From contig JAGCOR010000017.1 in the NCBI GenBank assembly GCA_017642585.1, positions 17,937-81,936 on the forward strand: DNA of 64,000 nt, read 5' to 3'. Positions 9,894 to 18,596 of the stretch are shown piece by piece; the first letter of the stretch is position 1, and the number at the start of each line of letters is the position of its first letter. The position numbers were made by a program, and so were the translations under genes. This DNA comes from Alphaproteobacteria bacterium. Lineage in GTDB: Bacteria > Pseudomonadota > Alphaproteobacteria > Rs-D84. The notes below the pieces were generated by a model. That model made no database searches, was not told where the DNA came from, and saw only the letters and a program-made list of their open reading frames with translations.

Positions 9894-12041
9894 ATGGACA
9901 GTGATTCAAATTTTTTACCAGAAAGTATTTCTGTGATGTTGCGTAAATTGTGTTTACGTGGTATTGGAATTGTTTTGTGTTTTTTGTCCGTGTGGTTGAT
10001 TTTTGCATTGATGTTTAATGATCCTTATTTGTCTGGTTTTGGGGCGCATGGATCTTTTGGTAATCAAAATATAATTGGTAATGTTGTTGGATTTTTAAGA
10101 TATGTAATTGGGTTTGTCCCGTCTTTATTTTTGTTTTTATGTTTGGGCCGTTTTGGAATCAGTTTATTAATTGGTTGGGATGAAGAAAGGGCACCTGAAT
10201 ATAATTTATTACGTGGTTTTGTCGCACTGTGTTTGGGAACCGCAGGTTTTGGATTGGTTTCTGTATCAAAAACATATGGTGGGTTTGCTGGTGCGATAGT
10301 TGCCGCTGATTTGGGTGGGTTGTTGGGTATGGCCAGCATCCCCGTGGGTATTGTTTTGATATCTTTGTTCTTTATATTGGCGGGAATATTATTGCATGTG
10401 AAATGGTATCATGTACGGGGGGCATTGCGAACAAGTTATCGTTTACTTCGCACCGTGTTGTCTGCATTCCATTTAATGGCACCAATGGAAGAAGAAGTTC
10501 AAAAACCAAAGCGTAAACCACGCAAAAGAAAGAAGGTTGCCGAAGAAGACGAACCGATTGAATATGAATTGCCACCACCTGAATTGTTGGAAAAATCTGT
10601 GTTTAATAATACAACTATTACACAAGATATGAAGCAAAAGGCAATATCTCTGCAAGACCATTTTGAAGAATTCAAAATATATGGAAAAATTGTTGGTATT
10701 AAACCGGGACCTGTGATTACACAATATGAATTTGAACCAGAACCAGGAACAAAATTGGCCCAGGTTACAACAACCGCAGAAGATATGACTTTGGCTATGG
10801 CGGCAGATAAAATCCGTATCAGTCCAATTACAGGAACATCATATATTGGTATTGAAATGGAAAATGTTGGACACAAAGCGATAAGATATCAAACATTGAT
10901 GTCCAATCCTGCATTTGTGAATTCTAAATATGCGATACCGCTTGCGCTGGGGGTCAGTATTCGCGGCGAACCTATGTATTATGATTTGGCAAAAATGCCA
11001 CACATGTTGATTGCAGGTCGTACTGGTTCTGGTAAATCTGTGTTTGTGCAATCTTTGATAACTTCATTTGTTTATCATTTCACACCTGACAAGGGTAAGT
11101 TAATGATTATCGACCCCAAGGCCGTAGATTTCGCCGTATGGGAAGGTATCCCACATTTAATCACACCTGTGGTGACAGATGCGGGAGAGGCGGTGAACGC
11201 TTTGAAATGGGCCGTACGCAACATGGAAGAAAGATATCAACAATTAAGAAAAATGCGCGTTCGTAACATCAAAGAATATAACGAAAAGGTTGCGGGTTTG
11301 CGCGAAAGTGGCGAAGTGTTAACCGAACAAGTTGTTGTTGGTACAGATGAAGAAACCGGCGAATTTGAATATGAAACAAAAGAAATAGATTTGTCCGATA
11401 TGCCATATCTGGCAATCATTATTGACGAGGTTGCAGATTTGATGACAGTTGCACGCAAAGATGTTGAAATGTGTGTGCAAAGATTGGCGGCCAAGGCACG
11501 TGCGGCGGGTATCCATTTGATTATGGCGACCCAGCGTCCATCTGCGGATGTTATTACCGGGGTTATTAAATCTAATTTCCCAACGCGTATTTCATTCCAG
11601 GCGCGTTCCCCAATAGATTCCAGAACAACATTGGGCGAAGCGGGCGCGGAACAATTATTGGCATGTGGTGATATGTTGTTCAGTGAAGCGGGACGTCCTG
11701 CGGTTCGTGTACACGGTGCATTTGTTGATGATCCTGAATTAAAACGCATAGCAGATTTCTGGCGGGAACAGGGCGAACCAACCTATGCCGAAGGTGTAAC
11801 AGATGATACTGCTGATGCCGGGGAGGCGATACCTGGTATTCCAATGTCCAAAGAAGCGCAATCAAATGATTTATATTCCCAGGCCATAGACATAGTTAGA
11901 AATGATAAACGACCAACAATTTCTTACCTGCAACGCAGATTGGGTATTGGTTATAACAAAGCGGCCACTTTGATTGAACGTATGGAACAGGACGGTATTT
12001 TAAGTACCCCAGACCCCAGTGGCAAAAGACGTATTTTATAA
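9894..12041 (+). CDS. ftsK: DNA translocase FtsK
   Basis: N-terminal TM block, a K/E/P linker, then the motor domain (LIAGRTGSGKSV, IIIDEVADLM, ATQRPSADVITG) and a C-terminal gamma domain (ISYLQRRLGIGYNKAA). The start is uncertain: ATG 9894 or TTG 9858. Confidence 0.9.
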   Translation: MDSDSNFLPESISVMLRKLCLRGIGIVLCFLSVWLIFALMFNDPYLSGFGAHGSFGNQNIIGNVVGFLRYVIGFVPSLFLFLCLGRFGISLLIGWDEERAPEYNLLRGFVALCLGTAGFGLVSVSKTYGGFAGAIVAADLGGLLGMASIPVGIVLISLFFILAGILLHVKWYHVRGALRTSYRLLRTVLSAFHLMAPMEEEVQKPKRKPRKRKKVAEEDEPIEYELPPPELLEKSVFNNTTITQDMKQKAISLQDHFEEFKIYGKIVGIKPGPVITQYEFEPEPGTKLAQVTTTAEDMTLAMAADKIRISPITGTSYIGIEMENVGHKAIRYQTLMSNPAFVNSKYAIPLALGVSIRGEPMYYDLAKMPHMLIAGRTGSGKSVFVQSLITSFVYHFTPDKGKLMIIDPKAVDFAVWEGIPHLITPVVTDAGEAVNALKWAVRNMEERYQQLRKMRVRNIKEYNEKVAGLRESGEVLTEQVVVGTDEETGEFEYETKEIDLSDMPYLAIIIDEVADLMTVARKDVEMCVQRLAAKARAAGIHLIMATQRPSADVITGVIKSNFPTRISFQARSPIDSRTTLGEAGAEQLLACGDMLFSEAGRPAVRVHGAFVDDPELKRIADFWREQGEPTYAEGVTDDTADAGEAIPGIPMSKEAQSNDLYSQAIDIVRNDKRPTISYLQRRLGIGYNKAATLIERMEQDGILSTPDPSGKRRIL

Positions 12042-12073
12042 ATTCAGGTTTATTTTCACTTTTTTATATGTGT

Positions 12074-12088
12074 TTTTTGTGATATAAT
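12074..12088 (+). promoter_or_regulatory. Extended -10 promoter motif (TTTTTGTGATATAAT)
   Basis: TGnTATAAT with an upstream T-tract, 27 nt before the OMP gene ATG (12116). One mismatch to the recurrent 15-mer. Confidence 0.45.
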
Positions 12089-12115
12089 ATTATTAATAAT
12101 GAAAGGAGTTTTTAT

Positions 12116-13420
12116 ATGAAAAAATGTATGGTTGCATTGGTTAGTTTAATGGTTGCTTTGTCTGGGGCTGCAAATGCAGAAGAAACAGGCACAACAACAA
12201 GTACATACAGACGCGTCAGCACTGTTACAAAAACTGATGGTCGTGGCAACACAATAACCAATAATTTTTATTATAACCAAGGCGCAGGTCGTGCAAGGGA
12301 TGGCAAAACCACCAAGACAACAACCAGAACTGTTAAAAAATCATCTGGTATGAAAGGGGATTCTGGTTATGCTGGTGGCGAAACCAGATCCTATAAAAAA
12401 TCAGAATCTACATATACCAAGAAAAAAACAACATCCCAGATGCGTAAATATTTCTTGGCACATCCATTCTTTCAACCATTAAAGGGTAAATTTGGTTCTG
12501 TGACAGATATTGCATTTGCACAAAACAGTTTCAAATTTAATTTGTTAAATGGTGCAACATGGGATATAGATCCAAACAGTGCAACATATAATTTAACTAC
12601 ACCTTTTAATTCTGGTGTTATTGCTGGTGATGTTGGTGCAAAAATCAAAACAAATCAATTCTTGGTAAAAGAAGATTTCAGTTTTGGTATATCTGATTCT
12701 GTGGCAATTTTGGCAATGGCACAATATGATTCTACCAAGGTTAAATTAACCGATTGGGTTGGTTCAAATGAACCAGATGCCAGTATGTCTGATTCTGGAT
12801 TTAATACATTTGGTTTTGGTCTGCAATATCGTTTTGTTGATACAAATGATTATATCGGTATGTTGGCGGGATATTATCAAAATCAACGTGATACAGCAAA
12901 CACATTTATGGCCGATTTGAAATTTGGATATAAAATTGACAGAACAACATTGTATGGATTGGGACGTATATCATATATTGATTTAACATCTGGTAATGCA
13001 TATGGTGCGTTCATCAAAGATAAAACTGGCGATTGGTTAATGATGTCCTATAACACAGATGTTGATTCCGCCACGTTTATCGAAGGTGGTGTTGGGGTAT
13101 TCGGTGTGTTAAATAAATATTTCACATTGAACGGCGAAGTATTGTTCGGTAATTATGATTGGCACAATCAATTGACATTAAAGGGTGCATTTGGTTACCA
13201 ACCGGGTGATATGTTTGCCCTGAATTTGTATGGATCCGCAGTATTGTATGATTCCGCAGATGGCAAGGTTAGAAAATATATGAATTATGATGCAAATCCA
13301 GATGCAGCCGTACAGAGTGCTTTGGGAATCACATCCAATTTAATATATACTCAGGGTGATTACAAAATCAAAAATTACAATGAATATAAATTGGGTATCC
13401 AAGCGATATTCTATTTCTAA
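12116..13420 (+). CDS. Predicted outer-membrane beta-barrel protein with a T/K/R-rich N-terminal extension
   Basis: Signal peptide MKKCMVALVSLMVALSGAANA. About 90 aa of T/K/R-rich sequence, then alternating beta-strand-like sequence ending IQAIFYF (C-terminal aromatic). AAAGGAG RBS. Confidence 0.6.
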   Translation: MKKCMVALVSLMVALSGAANAEETGTTTSTYRRVSTVTKTDGRGNTITNNFYYNQGAGRARDGKTTKTTTRTVKKSSGMKGDSGYAGGETRSYKKSESTYTKKKTTSQMRKYFLAHPFFQPLKGKFGSVTDIAFAQNSFKFNLLNGATWDIDPNSATYNLTTPFNSGVIAGDVGAKIKTNQFLVKEDFSFGISDSVAILAMAQYDSTKVKLTDWVGSNEPDASMSDSGFNTFGFGLQYRFVDTNDYIGMLAGYYQNQRDTANTFMADLKFGYKIDRTTLYGLGRISYIDLTSGNAYGAFIKDKTGDWLMMSYNTDVDSATFIEGGVGVFGVLNKYFTLNGEVLFGNYDWHNQLTLKGAFGYQPGDMFALNLYGSAVLYDSADGKVRKYMNYDANPDAAVQSALGITSNLIYTQGDYKIKNYNEYKLGIQAIFYF

Positions 13421-13446
13421 TATTTGATTAAACAAGTGTTGATGCA

Positions 13447-14289
13447 ATGAAACGGTTTGTGTTCTTTTTGATTGGTGCGTTGGTGTCTGTTAATGCCATG
13501 GCAGAAGGGGTTGTTTTGTCCGATACATCTGTCGAAGAAGAACCTTTCGTTGCACCGCAAACCCAACAACCACAACAGGTTGCTGTTGTTGACAGCTTTG
13601 ATGCCGATGTTGCACAACCCGTTGCAAAAAACAGTTTATCAAATGATACATCCGATCCTTTGTTCTTGGTCGGGGATAACAGTTTTTTATCTGATACGTA
13701 TGTTTCATTTTTAGATGATAAATTACGCATAGGTGAATATTTGGGTTATGGCATAAATAACAATTTTGTTTTTCATGCCAATATGCATTACCAAATTGAT
13801 TTTTCACACGATCATGAAAATGGTTTTTCTGCAACTGAATTTGGCGGAACATATCGTATGAATCATGGCGGTGGCAAAAATCATATAATTGCTGATGCTT
13901 TGTTCGGGTTGAAACTGTGGGGCGGTTCTCATATCAGAACACCTGAATATGCAGATTCTTCTTATTTTGCCGGTTTGCGTTTTGGTCGTCAATATAACGG
14001 AATAACATTGGCGGGTACTGTTAAATCTACTTGGGTTTTTGATGATAATCGCGGTTTATCCTATATAGATTTTATACCGGAAGCTTATTTACGATTCCAA
14101 TATAATTGGCGTATGGGATTGGGCTTTGATATTCGCAGATCAACAAATCCACATTTATTATCAAATCAAGAATGGGTTAATTTCAAACTGTTGCGTCAAT
14201 TCGGTAACACGCAATATGTTGGAAAATTAGATTATGAATTCGACAGCCATGATTTACAGGCCGGGTTCAATATCAGAATATTATTTTAA
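13447..14289 (+). CDS. Predicted outer-membrane beta-barrel protein
   Basis: Signal peptide MKRFVFFLIGALVSVNAMA. Q/P-rich linker, then beta-strand-like sequence ending GFNIRILF. Confidence 0.55.
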   Translation: MKRFVFFLIGALVSVNAMAEGVVLSDTSVEEEPFVAPQTQQPQQVAVVDSFDADVAQPVAKNSLSNDTSDPLFLVGDNSFLSDTYVSFLDDKLRIGEYLGYGINNNFVFHANMHYQIDFSHDHENGFSATEFGGTYRMNHGGGKNHIIADALFGLKLWGGSHIRTPEYADSSYFAGLRFGRQYNGITLAGTVKSTWVFDDNRGLSYIDFIPEAYLRFQYNWRMGLGFDIRRSTNPHLLSNQEWVNFKLLRQFGNTQYVGKLDYEFDSHDLQAGFNIRILF

Positions 14290-14296
14290 TTGAAAA

Positions 14297-15553
14297 CTAT
14301 TTTTTACGGAAAGAATTCCAATAATCAAAACGTTTTTTGATTTCGCGTTCAAAACCGCGTTCGACTGGTTTATAAAAACTTTTGCGTTCCATATCATCTG
14401 GGAAACAATTTTGACCACTGCATCCTGATTCTGTTTCTGGGTCATAAACATAGCCATCGCCATATCCCAAATTTTTCATCATCTTGGTTGGCGCATTTAA
14501 AATATTTTTTGGTGGCACAGAATTAGATGTTTGTTTTGCAAAAGCATATGATGCTGTTTGTGCCTTGTACGCAGAAATGCTTTTTGGTGCAGTTGCCAAA
14601 TAAATTACCAATTCTGTCAGGGCAATGTCGCCCTCTGGTGAACCCATGCGTTCATAAATTTGCCAAGCGGCCAGGGCAATCTGCATTGCTTGGGGATCCG
14701 CTAAGCCAACATCTTCCATTGCAAAGCGGGTTAATCTGCGCAGTATATATCGCGGATCTTGGCCTGACGTCATCATGCGCGCAACCCAATATAATGCGGC
14801 ATCTGTATCAGATGAACGCAAAGATTTATGAACCGCAGAAATTAAATTATAATGTTCATCCCCAGATTTGTCGGACATAGGTGCGCGTTTTTGAATTGCA
14901 GAATCTAATTCATCAGGTGTCATATTTTTTTTGAATTTTGCACCAGATATATATTCAACCGTGTTTAACAAAAATCTGGCATCGCCATCTGACATTTGTG
15001 CCAAATGAATTTTTGCATCATTATCAAGAGGTAATTTTTTACCCAAAAATTTTTCTGCACGTTCAATCAATGTCAACAAATCTTCCGTAGATAGCGGTTT
15101 CAATACACCAATATGACATCTGGATAACAAAGCGTTATTCAAATTAAAACTGGGGTTTTCAGTTGTCGCACCAATAAATGTTACGGTGCCATCTTCCAAA
15201 TAGGGCAACAGAGTATCCTGTTGTGTTTTATTAAAACGATGAATTTCATCTATGAATAACAAAGTACCACGTCCCAAATCACGATTCATACGCGCCGCAT
15301 CCATAGATTTTTTTATATCGGCAGTTCCTGAAAATACTGCGGACATTGGCACAAAATCCATGTCTACTGATTTTGCCAAAGCACGTGCGATTGTTGTTTT
15401 TCCGCATCCCGGCGGTCCCCACAAAATCAAATTTGATAAATTGCCATTTTCTATCATGCGGTGAATAATGCCGTTTTCCCCCAATAAATTGGTTTGCCCA
15501 ACGATTTCATCGATGGTTTGAGGTCGCATTAAATCTGCCAGTGGACGTGTCAT
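14297..15553 (-). CDS. rarA: Replication-associated recombination protein A (RarA/MgsA AAA+ ATPase)
   Basis: 418 aa. Contains LILWGPPGCGKTT, LFIDEIHRFNK, and the C-terminal MgsA domain (HYNLISAVHKSLRSSD, GYGDGYVYDPE). Confidence 0.93.
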   Translation of the reverse strand: MTRPLADLMRPQTIDEIVGQTNLLGENGIIHRMIENGNLSNLILWGPPGCGKTTIARALAKSVDMDFVPMSAVFSGTADIKKSMDAARMNRDLGRGTLLFIDEIHRFNKTQQDTLLPYLEDGTVTFIGATTENPSFNLNNALLSRCHIGVLKPLSTEDLLTLIERAEKFLGKKLPLDNDAKIHLAQMSDGDARFLLNTVEYISGAKFKKNMTPDELDSAIQKRAPMSDKSGDEHYNLISAVHKSLRSSDTDAALYWVARMMTSGQDPRYILRRLTRFAMEDVGLADPQAMQIALAAWQIYERMGSPEGDIALTELVIYLATAPKSISAYKAQTASYAFAKQTSNSVPPKNILNAPTKMMKNLGYGDGYVYDPETESGCSGQNCFPDDMERKSFYKPVERGFEREIKKRFDYWNSFRKK

Positions 15554-15578
15554 TTTTACTTTTATTTTATTTGATATT

Positions 15579-15593
15579 TATTTGTGATATAAT
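15579..15593 (+). promoter_or_regulatory. Extended -10 promoter motif (TATTTGTGATATAAT)
   Basis: TGnTATAAT 30 nt before the mucR TTG start. Two mismatches to the recurrent 15-mer. Confidence 0.4.
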
Positions 15594-15623
15594 TATTGTA
15601 TTAAATAATCAAAGGATTATCAA

Positions 15624-15980
15624 TTGGTAAATAAAGATTCTGAATTTACGTTGGCGGTGGCAACTTTGGCGGCTGCAGCCATAGGTGCAAACCCAAAATT
15701 ATCTATGAAGGATGCCGTAAAACAGGCAACTGAGATATTGCGTGGCATTTCTTTGACCCCTGAACAAATCGCAGATTCTGTGACTGATGATGCAATTCAA
15801 TGTTTTGAAGACGGCACATGGCACGTCATGTTAAAGCGGTATATCAAAAGAAAGTTTAATTTAACCCCGCAACAATATTGTGAAAAATGGGGTTTGCCTT
15901 TGGATTATCCTTTCGTTGCATCAAAATATGCCAACAAACGTTCCAAGATTGCAAAGAAACATGGGTTCGGTAAAAAATAG
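15624..15980 (+). CDS. mucR: MucR/Ros-family transcriptional regulator with the zinc ligands lost
   Basis: The C-terminus LTPQQYCEKWGLPLDYPFVASKYANKRSKIAKKHGFGKK matches the Ros/MucR signature. The zinc-finger segment reads QCFEDGTWHVMLKRYIKRKF. TTG start with an AAAGGA RBS. Confidence 0.75.
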   Translation: MVNKDSEFTLAVATLAAAAIGANPKLSMKDAVKQATEILRGISLTPEQIADSVTDDAIQCFEDGTWHVMLKRYIKRKFNLTPQQYCEKWGLPLDYPFVASKYANKRSKIAKKHGFGKK

Positions 15981-15990
15981 GGTGCGTATT

Positions 15991-18006
15991 ATGAAAGTAT
16001 ATGTAAATATCGAAAATAAAAATTGGAAAAAATATAAAATAGATTTTGAAAAAATCGCCAATGCGGCGGTTTCTGCCGAACACAAAGATGCAGAGGTTTC
16101 AATTACATTGGTTGATGATAAAACAATTCGTAAATTAAACAGGGAATATCGCGGTTTTGATAAACCTACAAATGTGTTATCTTTTGAATTGGGTGATGAT
16201 GTTTTATTGGGTGATATTTTTATATCATTAGATACTGTGAAAAAAGAAGCGGATGCAGAAAACATATCTGTCGCGGAACATACTGCGCATATGATTGTTC
16301 ATGGAATTTTACATTTGCAAGGTTTTGATCATTTAACAGATCAAGAAGCCAAGGTTATGGAATCTAAAGAAATCAAAATATTAAAAAAATTGGGATATAA
16401 AAATCCTTATGCAGATGAAGATATTGGTTGCAGTGATGAATCTTGTTGTCCTGGCAAATTTATAACAAAATTAAAAAATATAAAAATACGTGAAAATGGA
16501 TTTTGGCAATATGTGTTATATGCTGTATTCGGCGGAATTGCTTCCTTTGGTTTCGCACCATTTTATTTATGGATGTTGTTTACGTTAGGTGTGGGCGGTG
16601 CATATTATTTAACAATTAAACAAACAAAGCATGTCAGTTTTATGAAATCTTGGTTGATAACATTTCCTTTCGGTGCGTTTTATGGGATGTTTATGTTTTG
16701 GTGGGTTTTGAATTCTATTTATGTTGTCCCGGAACTGGCGCGTCAATTTGCAATTTGGACAATACCAGGATTATTGGGAATCGGTTTGATTTGCGGAATT
16801 ATTTTGTCCCTGCCTTTTGCGGTTATTAGATATGTAAAGCGCAAACCGGCACCCAGGGCGATTTTGTTTGCTGCCACTTGGATGTTTGTTTTATGGTTGC
16901 GGGAATGGATTTTTACAGGTTTTCCATGGAATCCAGTATCAAATATAACTATGCATTTTCCAATGGTTGCTAATTCTATGGCGCTGTGGGGTGCATTGGG
17001 ATTGACTTTTGTTATTATTGGTTTGATTACTTCTTTGGTTGAAATTTTGAAAAACAAAAAATGCAAATCTTGTTGGGTTATATTTTTAATGTTTGTTTCT
17101 TTGTTCGTGGTTGGATGTGTTTATGGACATCACAATATGAAAAAAATTGATAATGTAAATATGGATAATTTGCCTTTGATTAGAATTGTGCAACCCGCGG
17201 AATCTGCCGTGTACAAAATGCCAAAGACAAGGGCAGAGGCACAACAACAGGCCGATCAAAAGGTTCGCGATTTATTTGTTTGGGCAACCAAAGACACAAC
17301 AAACAAACCTGATATTATTGTTTATCCAGAAACAACTTATCCATATGTGGTTGTAGATGATAAATTCCCATTGTCACACATATTAAATACAAATGTGGTT
17401 ATGGGTGTGAATCATTATGCAGACGGCAAAATGTATAACTCTATGGTTGTGGCAAACAAATCTGGTGTGATTGATAATTTATACAGCAAATCTCATTTGG
17501 TTCCGTTCGGAGAATATCGCCCATTTGGTGATATAATTCCAACCCCCGGACAATTGGAAGCAGGTAATGGTCCAGAATTGATAGTTATAAATACTCAACA
17601 CGGTGATTTCGTTTTTGCACCAGCGATTTGTTATGAAATTATATTTTCAGATTCTTTGATTCCAAATCGTATTACACCAAATGCAATTATCAATATTACA
17701 AATGATACTTGGTTTGGTTTAACACCGGGGGTATTTCAGCATCTGGATATGGTGAAACGTTATGCGATTGAATCTGGTGTTCCTGTTATCCGTGCGAATT
17801 ATTCGGGAATCAGCGCTTTTGTCGCCAGTGATGGAAATGTTGAATCATGGATGCCGGTTGGGCAAAATGGTTCTTTGGATGGGTTTGTGTGGGGTGCGCA
17901 TGAAACGCTGTACAGAAGATTAGGGCGAAATTTATGGATGATGATTATTTTAGCTTTTTCAATAATTGCTTCAATATCCATATCCGTATTTCAGAAGAAA
18001 GATTAG
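15991..18006 (+). CDS. ybeY-lnt: In-frame fusion of YbeY endoribonuclease and apolipoprotein N-acyltransferase Lnt
   Basis: The N-terminal ~140 aa are YbeY (HMIVHGILHLQGFDH zinc motif). A linker follows at 16411..16500. Then comes a full Lnt: multi-TM N-terminus, IVYPETTYP, SKSHLVPFGEY and APAICYEIIF, which together give the E-K-C triad. No stop and no Met occur at the junction. I chose ATG 15991 because 15880 would overlap mucR. Confidence 0.8.
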   Translation: MKVYVNIENKNWKKYKIDFEKIANAAVSAEHKDAEVSITLVDDKTIRKLNREYRGFDKPTNVLSFELGDDVLLGDIFISLDTVKKEADAENISVAEHTAHMIVHGILHLQGFDHLTDQEAKVMESKEIKILKKLGYKNPYADEDIGCSDESCCPGKFITKLKNIKIRENGFWQYVLYAVFGGIASFGFAPFYLWMLFTLGVGGAYYLTIKQTKHVSFMKSWLITFPFGAFYGMFMFWWVLNSIYVVPELARQFAIWTIPGLLGIGLICGIILSLPFAVIRYVKRKPAPRAILFAATWMFVLWLREWIFTGFPWNPVSNITMHFPMVANSMALWGALGLTFVIIGLITSLVEILKNKKCKSCWVIFLMFVSLFVVGCVYGHHNMKKIDNVNMDNLPLIRIVQPAESAVYKMPKTRAEAQQQADQKVRDLFVWATKDTTNKPDIIVYPETTYPYVVVDDKFPLSHILNTNVVMGVNHYADGKMYNSMVVANKSGVIDNLYSKSHLVPFGEYRPFGDIIPTPGQLEAGNGPELIVINTQHGDFVFAPAICYEIIFSDSLIPNRITPNAIINITNDTWFGLTPGVFQHLDMVKRYAIESGVPVIRANYSGISAFVASDGNVESWMPVGQNGSLDGFVWGAHETLYRRLGRNLWMMIILAFSIIASISISVFQKKD

Positions 18007-18157
18007 TATCTGGGGATCTGTTGTCATCGATTGATTTTATAAGGGACGCAATCGAAACATTTTGTTCCTTTGCAATATTTTGCAGGCAATCAAAAAATTC
18101 CTGTTCCAGTGAAATACTGGTTTGATGTCCCGACAAAGATACAGATATTTTATGCAT
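17945..18157 (-). CDS. Ribbon-helix-helix protein (RHH_4-like)
   Basis: 70 aa. VSLSGHQTSISLEQEFFDCLQNIAKEQNVSIASLIKSIDDNR...NLSSEIRIWIL matches the alphaproteobacterial RHH_4 pattern as I remember it. Its 3' end overlaps the lnt 3' end by 62 bp. Confidence 0.7.
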   Translation of the reverse strand: MHKISVSLSGHQTSISLEQEFFDCLQNIAKEQNVSIASLIKSIDDNRSPDTNLSSEIRIWILKQLLKKLK

Positions 18158-18160
18158 GAA

Positions 18161-18595
18161 TTAAATTTTTCCAACAACCAAACAATCTATCATTGCGCGA
18201 TATGGATCATCATATTTGCGCATCACGGACAAAGTTAAATTATCCAACATAACGCAATTACCCAATGCATCAACTGCAAACCAAAATAAATCATTACGGC
18301 CAAATACGGTTTTGCCGAATAAATTTTTATTTCCAGATACATCTTTGTTTATATCCAATATAGATGGAACTGGATATTTTATATCACGTTCAATTTGTTT
18401 TGGTCCAAAAATATATGCAGATCCCAATATAATTCCAGAACAAGAATTATATAAATCAACCAAAAACGTAGGCAACATTGCAGCGCGTATACCCTGTAAA
18501 TTTGCCGACGCCAAAGTAATTTCGTTCTGCGTTGCAGGTGGTGTAAAGGTTGCACCACGTGATTTCATAAAAGATAAAAATTCTTGTTTCGTCAT
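18161..18595 (-). CDS. Hypothetical protein, possibly SUKH/SMI1-KNR4-like
   Basis: 144 aa from ATG 18595, which lies 1 nt after the upstream stop (TAACATG). LPTFLVDLYNSCSGIILGSAYIFG and FWFAVDALGNCVMLD resemble SUKH-1 immunity-type domains. This is pattern recognition only. Confidence 0.4.
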   Translation of the reverse strand: MTKQEFLSFMKSRGATFTPPATQNEITLASANLQGIRAAMLPTFLVDLYNSCSGIILGSAYIFGPKQIERDIKYPVPSILDINKDVSGNKNLFGKTVFGRNDLFWFAVDALGNCVMLDNLTLSVMRKYDDPYRAMIDCLVVGKI

Positions 18596-18596
18596 G

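Noticed and set aside
11237-11749. 170-aa minus-strand ORF inside ftsK.
   Set aside because: It is antisense to the highly conserved FtsK motor domain and therefore spurious.
15880-15990. N-terminal extension of the ybeY-lnt ORF as given in the ORF track, with a start at 15880.
   Set aside because: It would overlap the last 100 nt of mucR in another frame. The YbeY homology starts at the ATG at 15991 (MKVYVNIENK...), 11 nt after the mucR stop.
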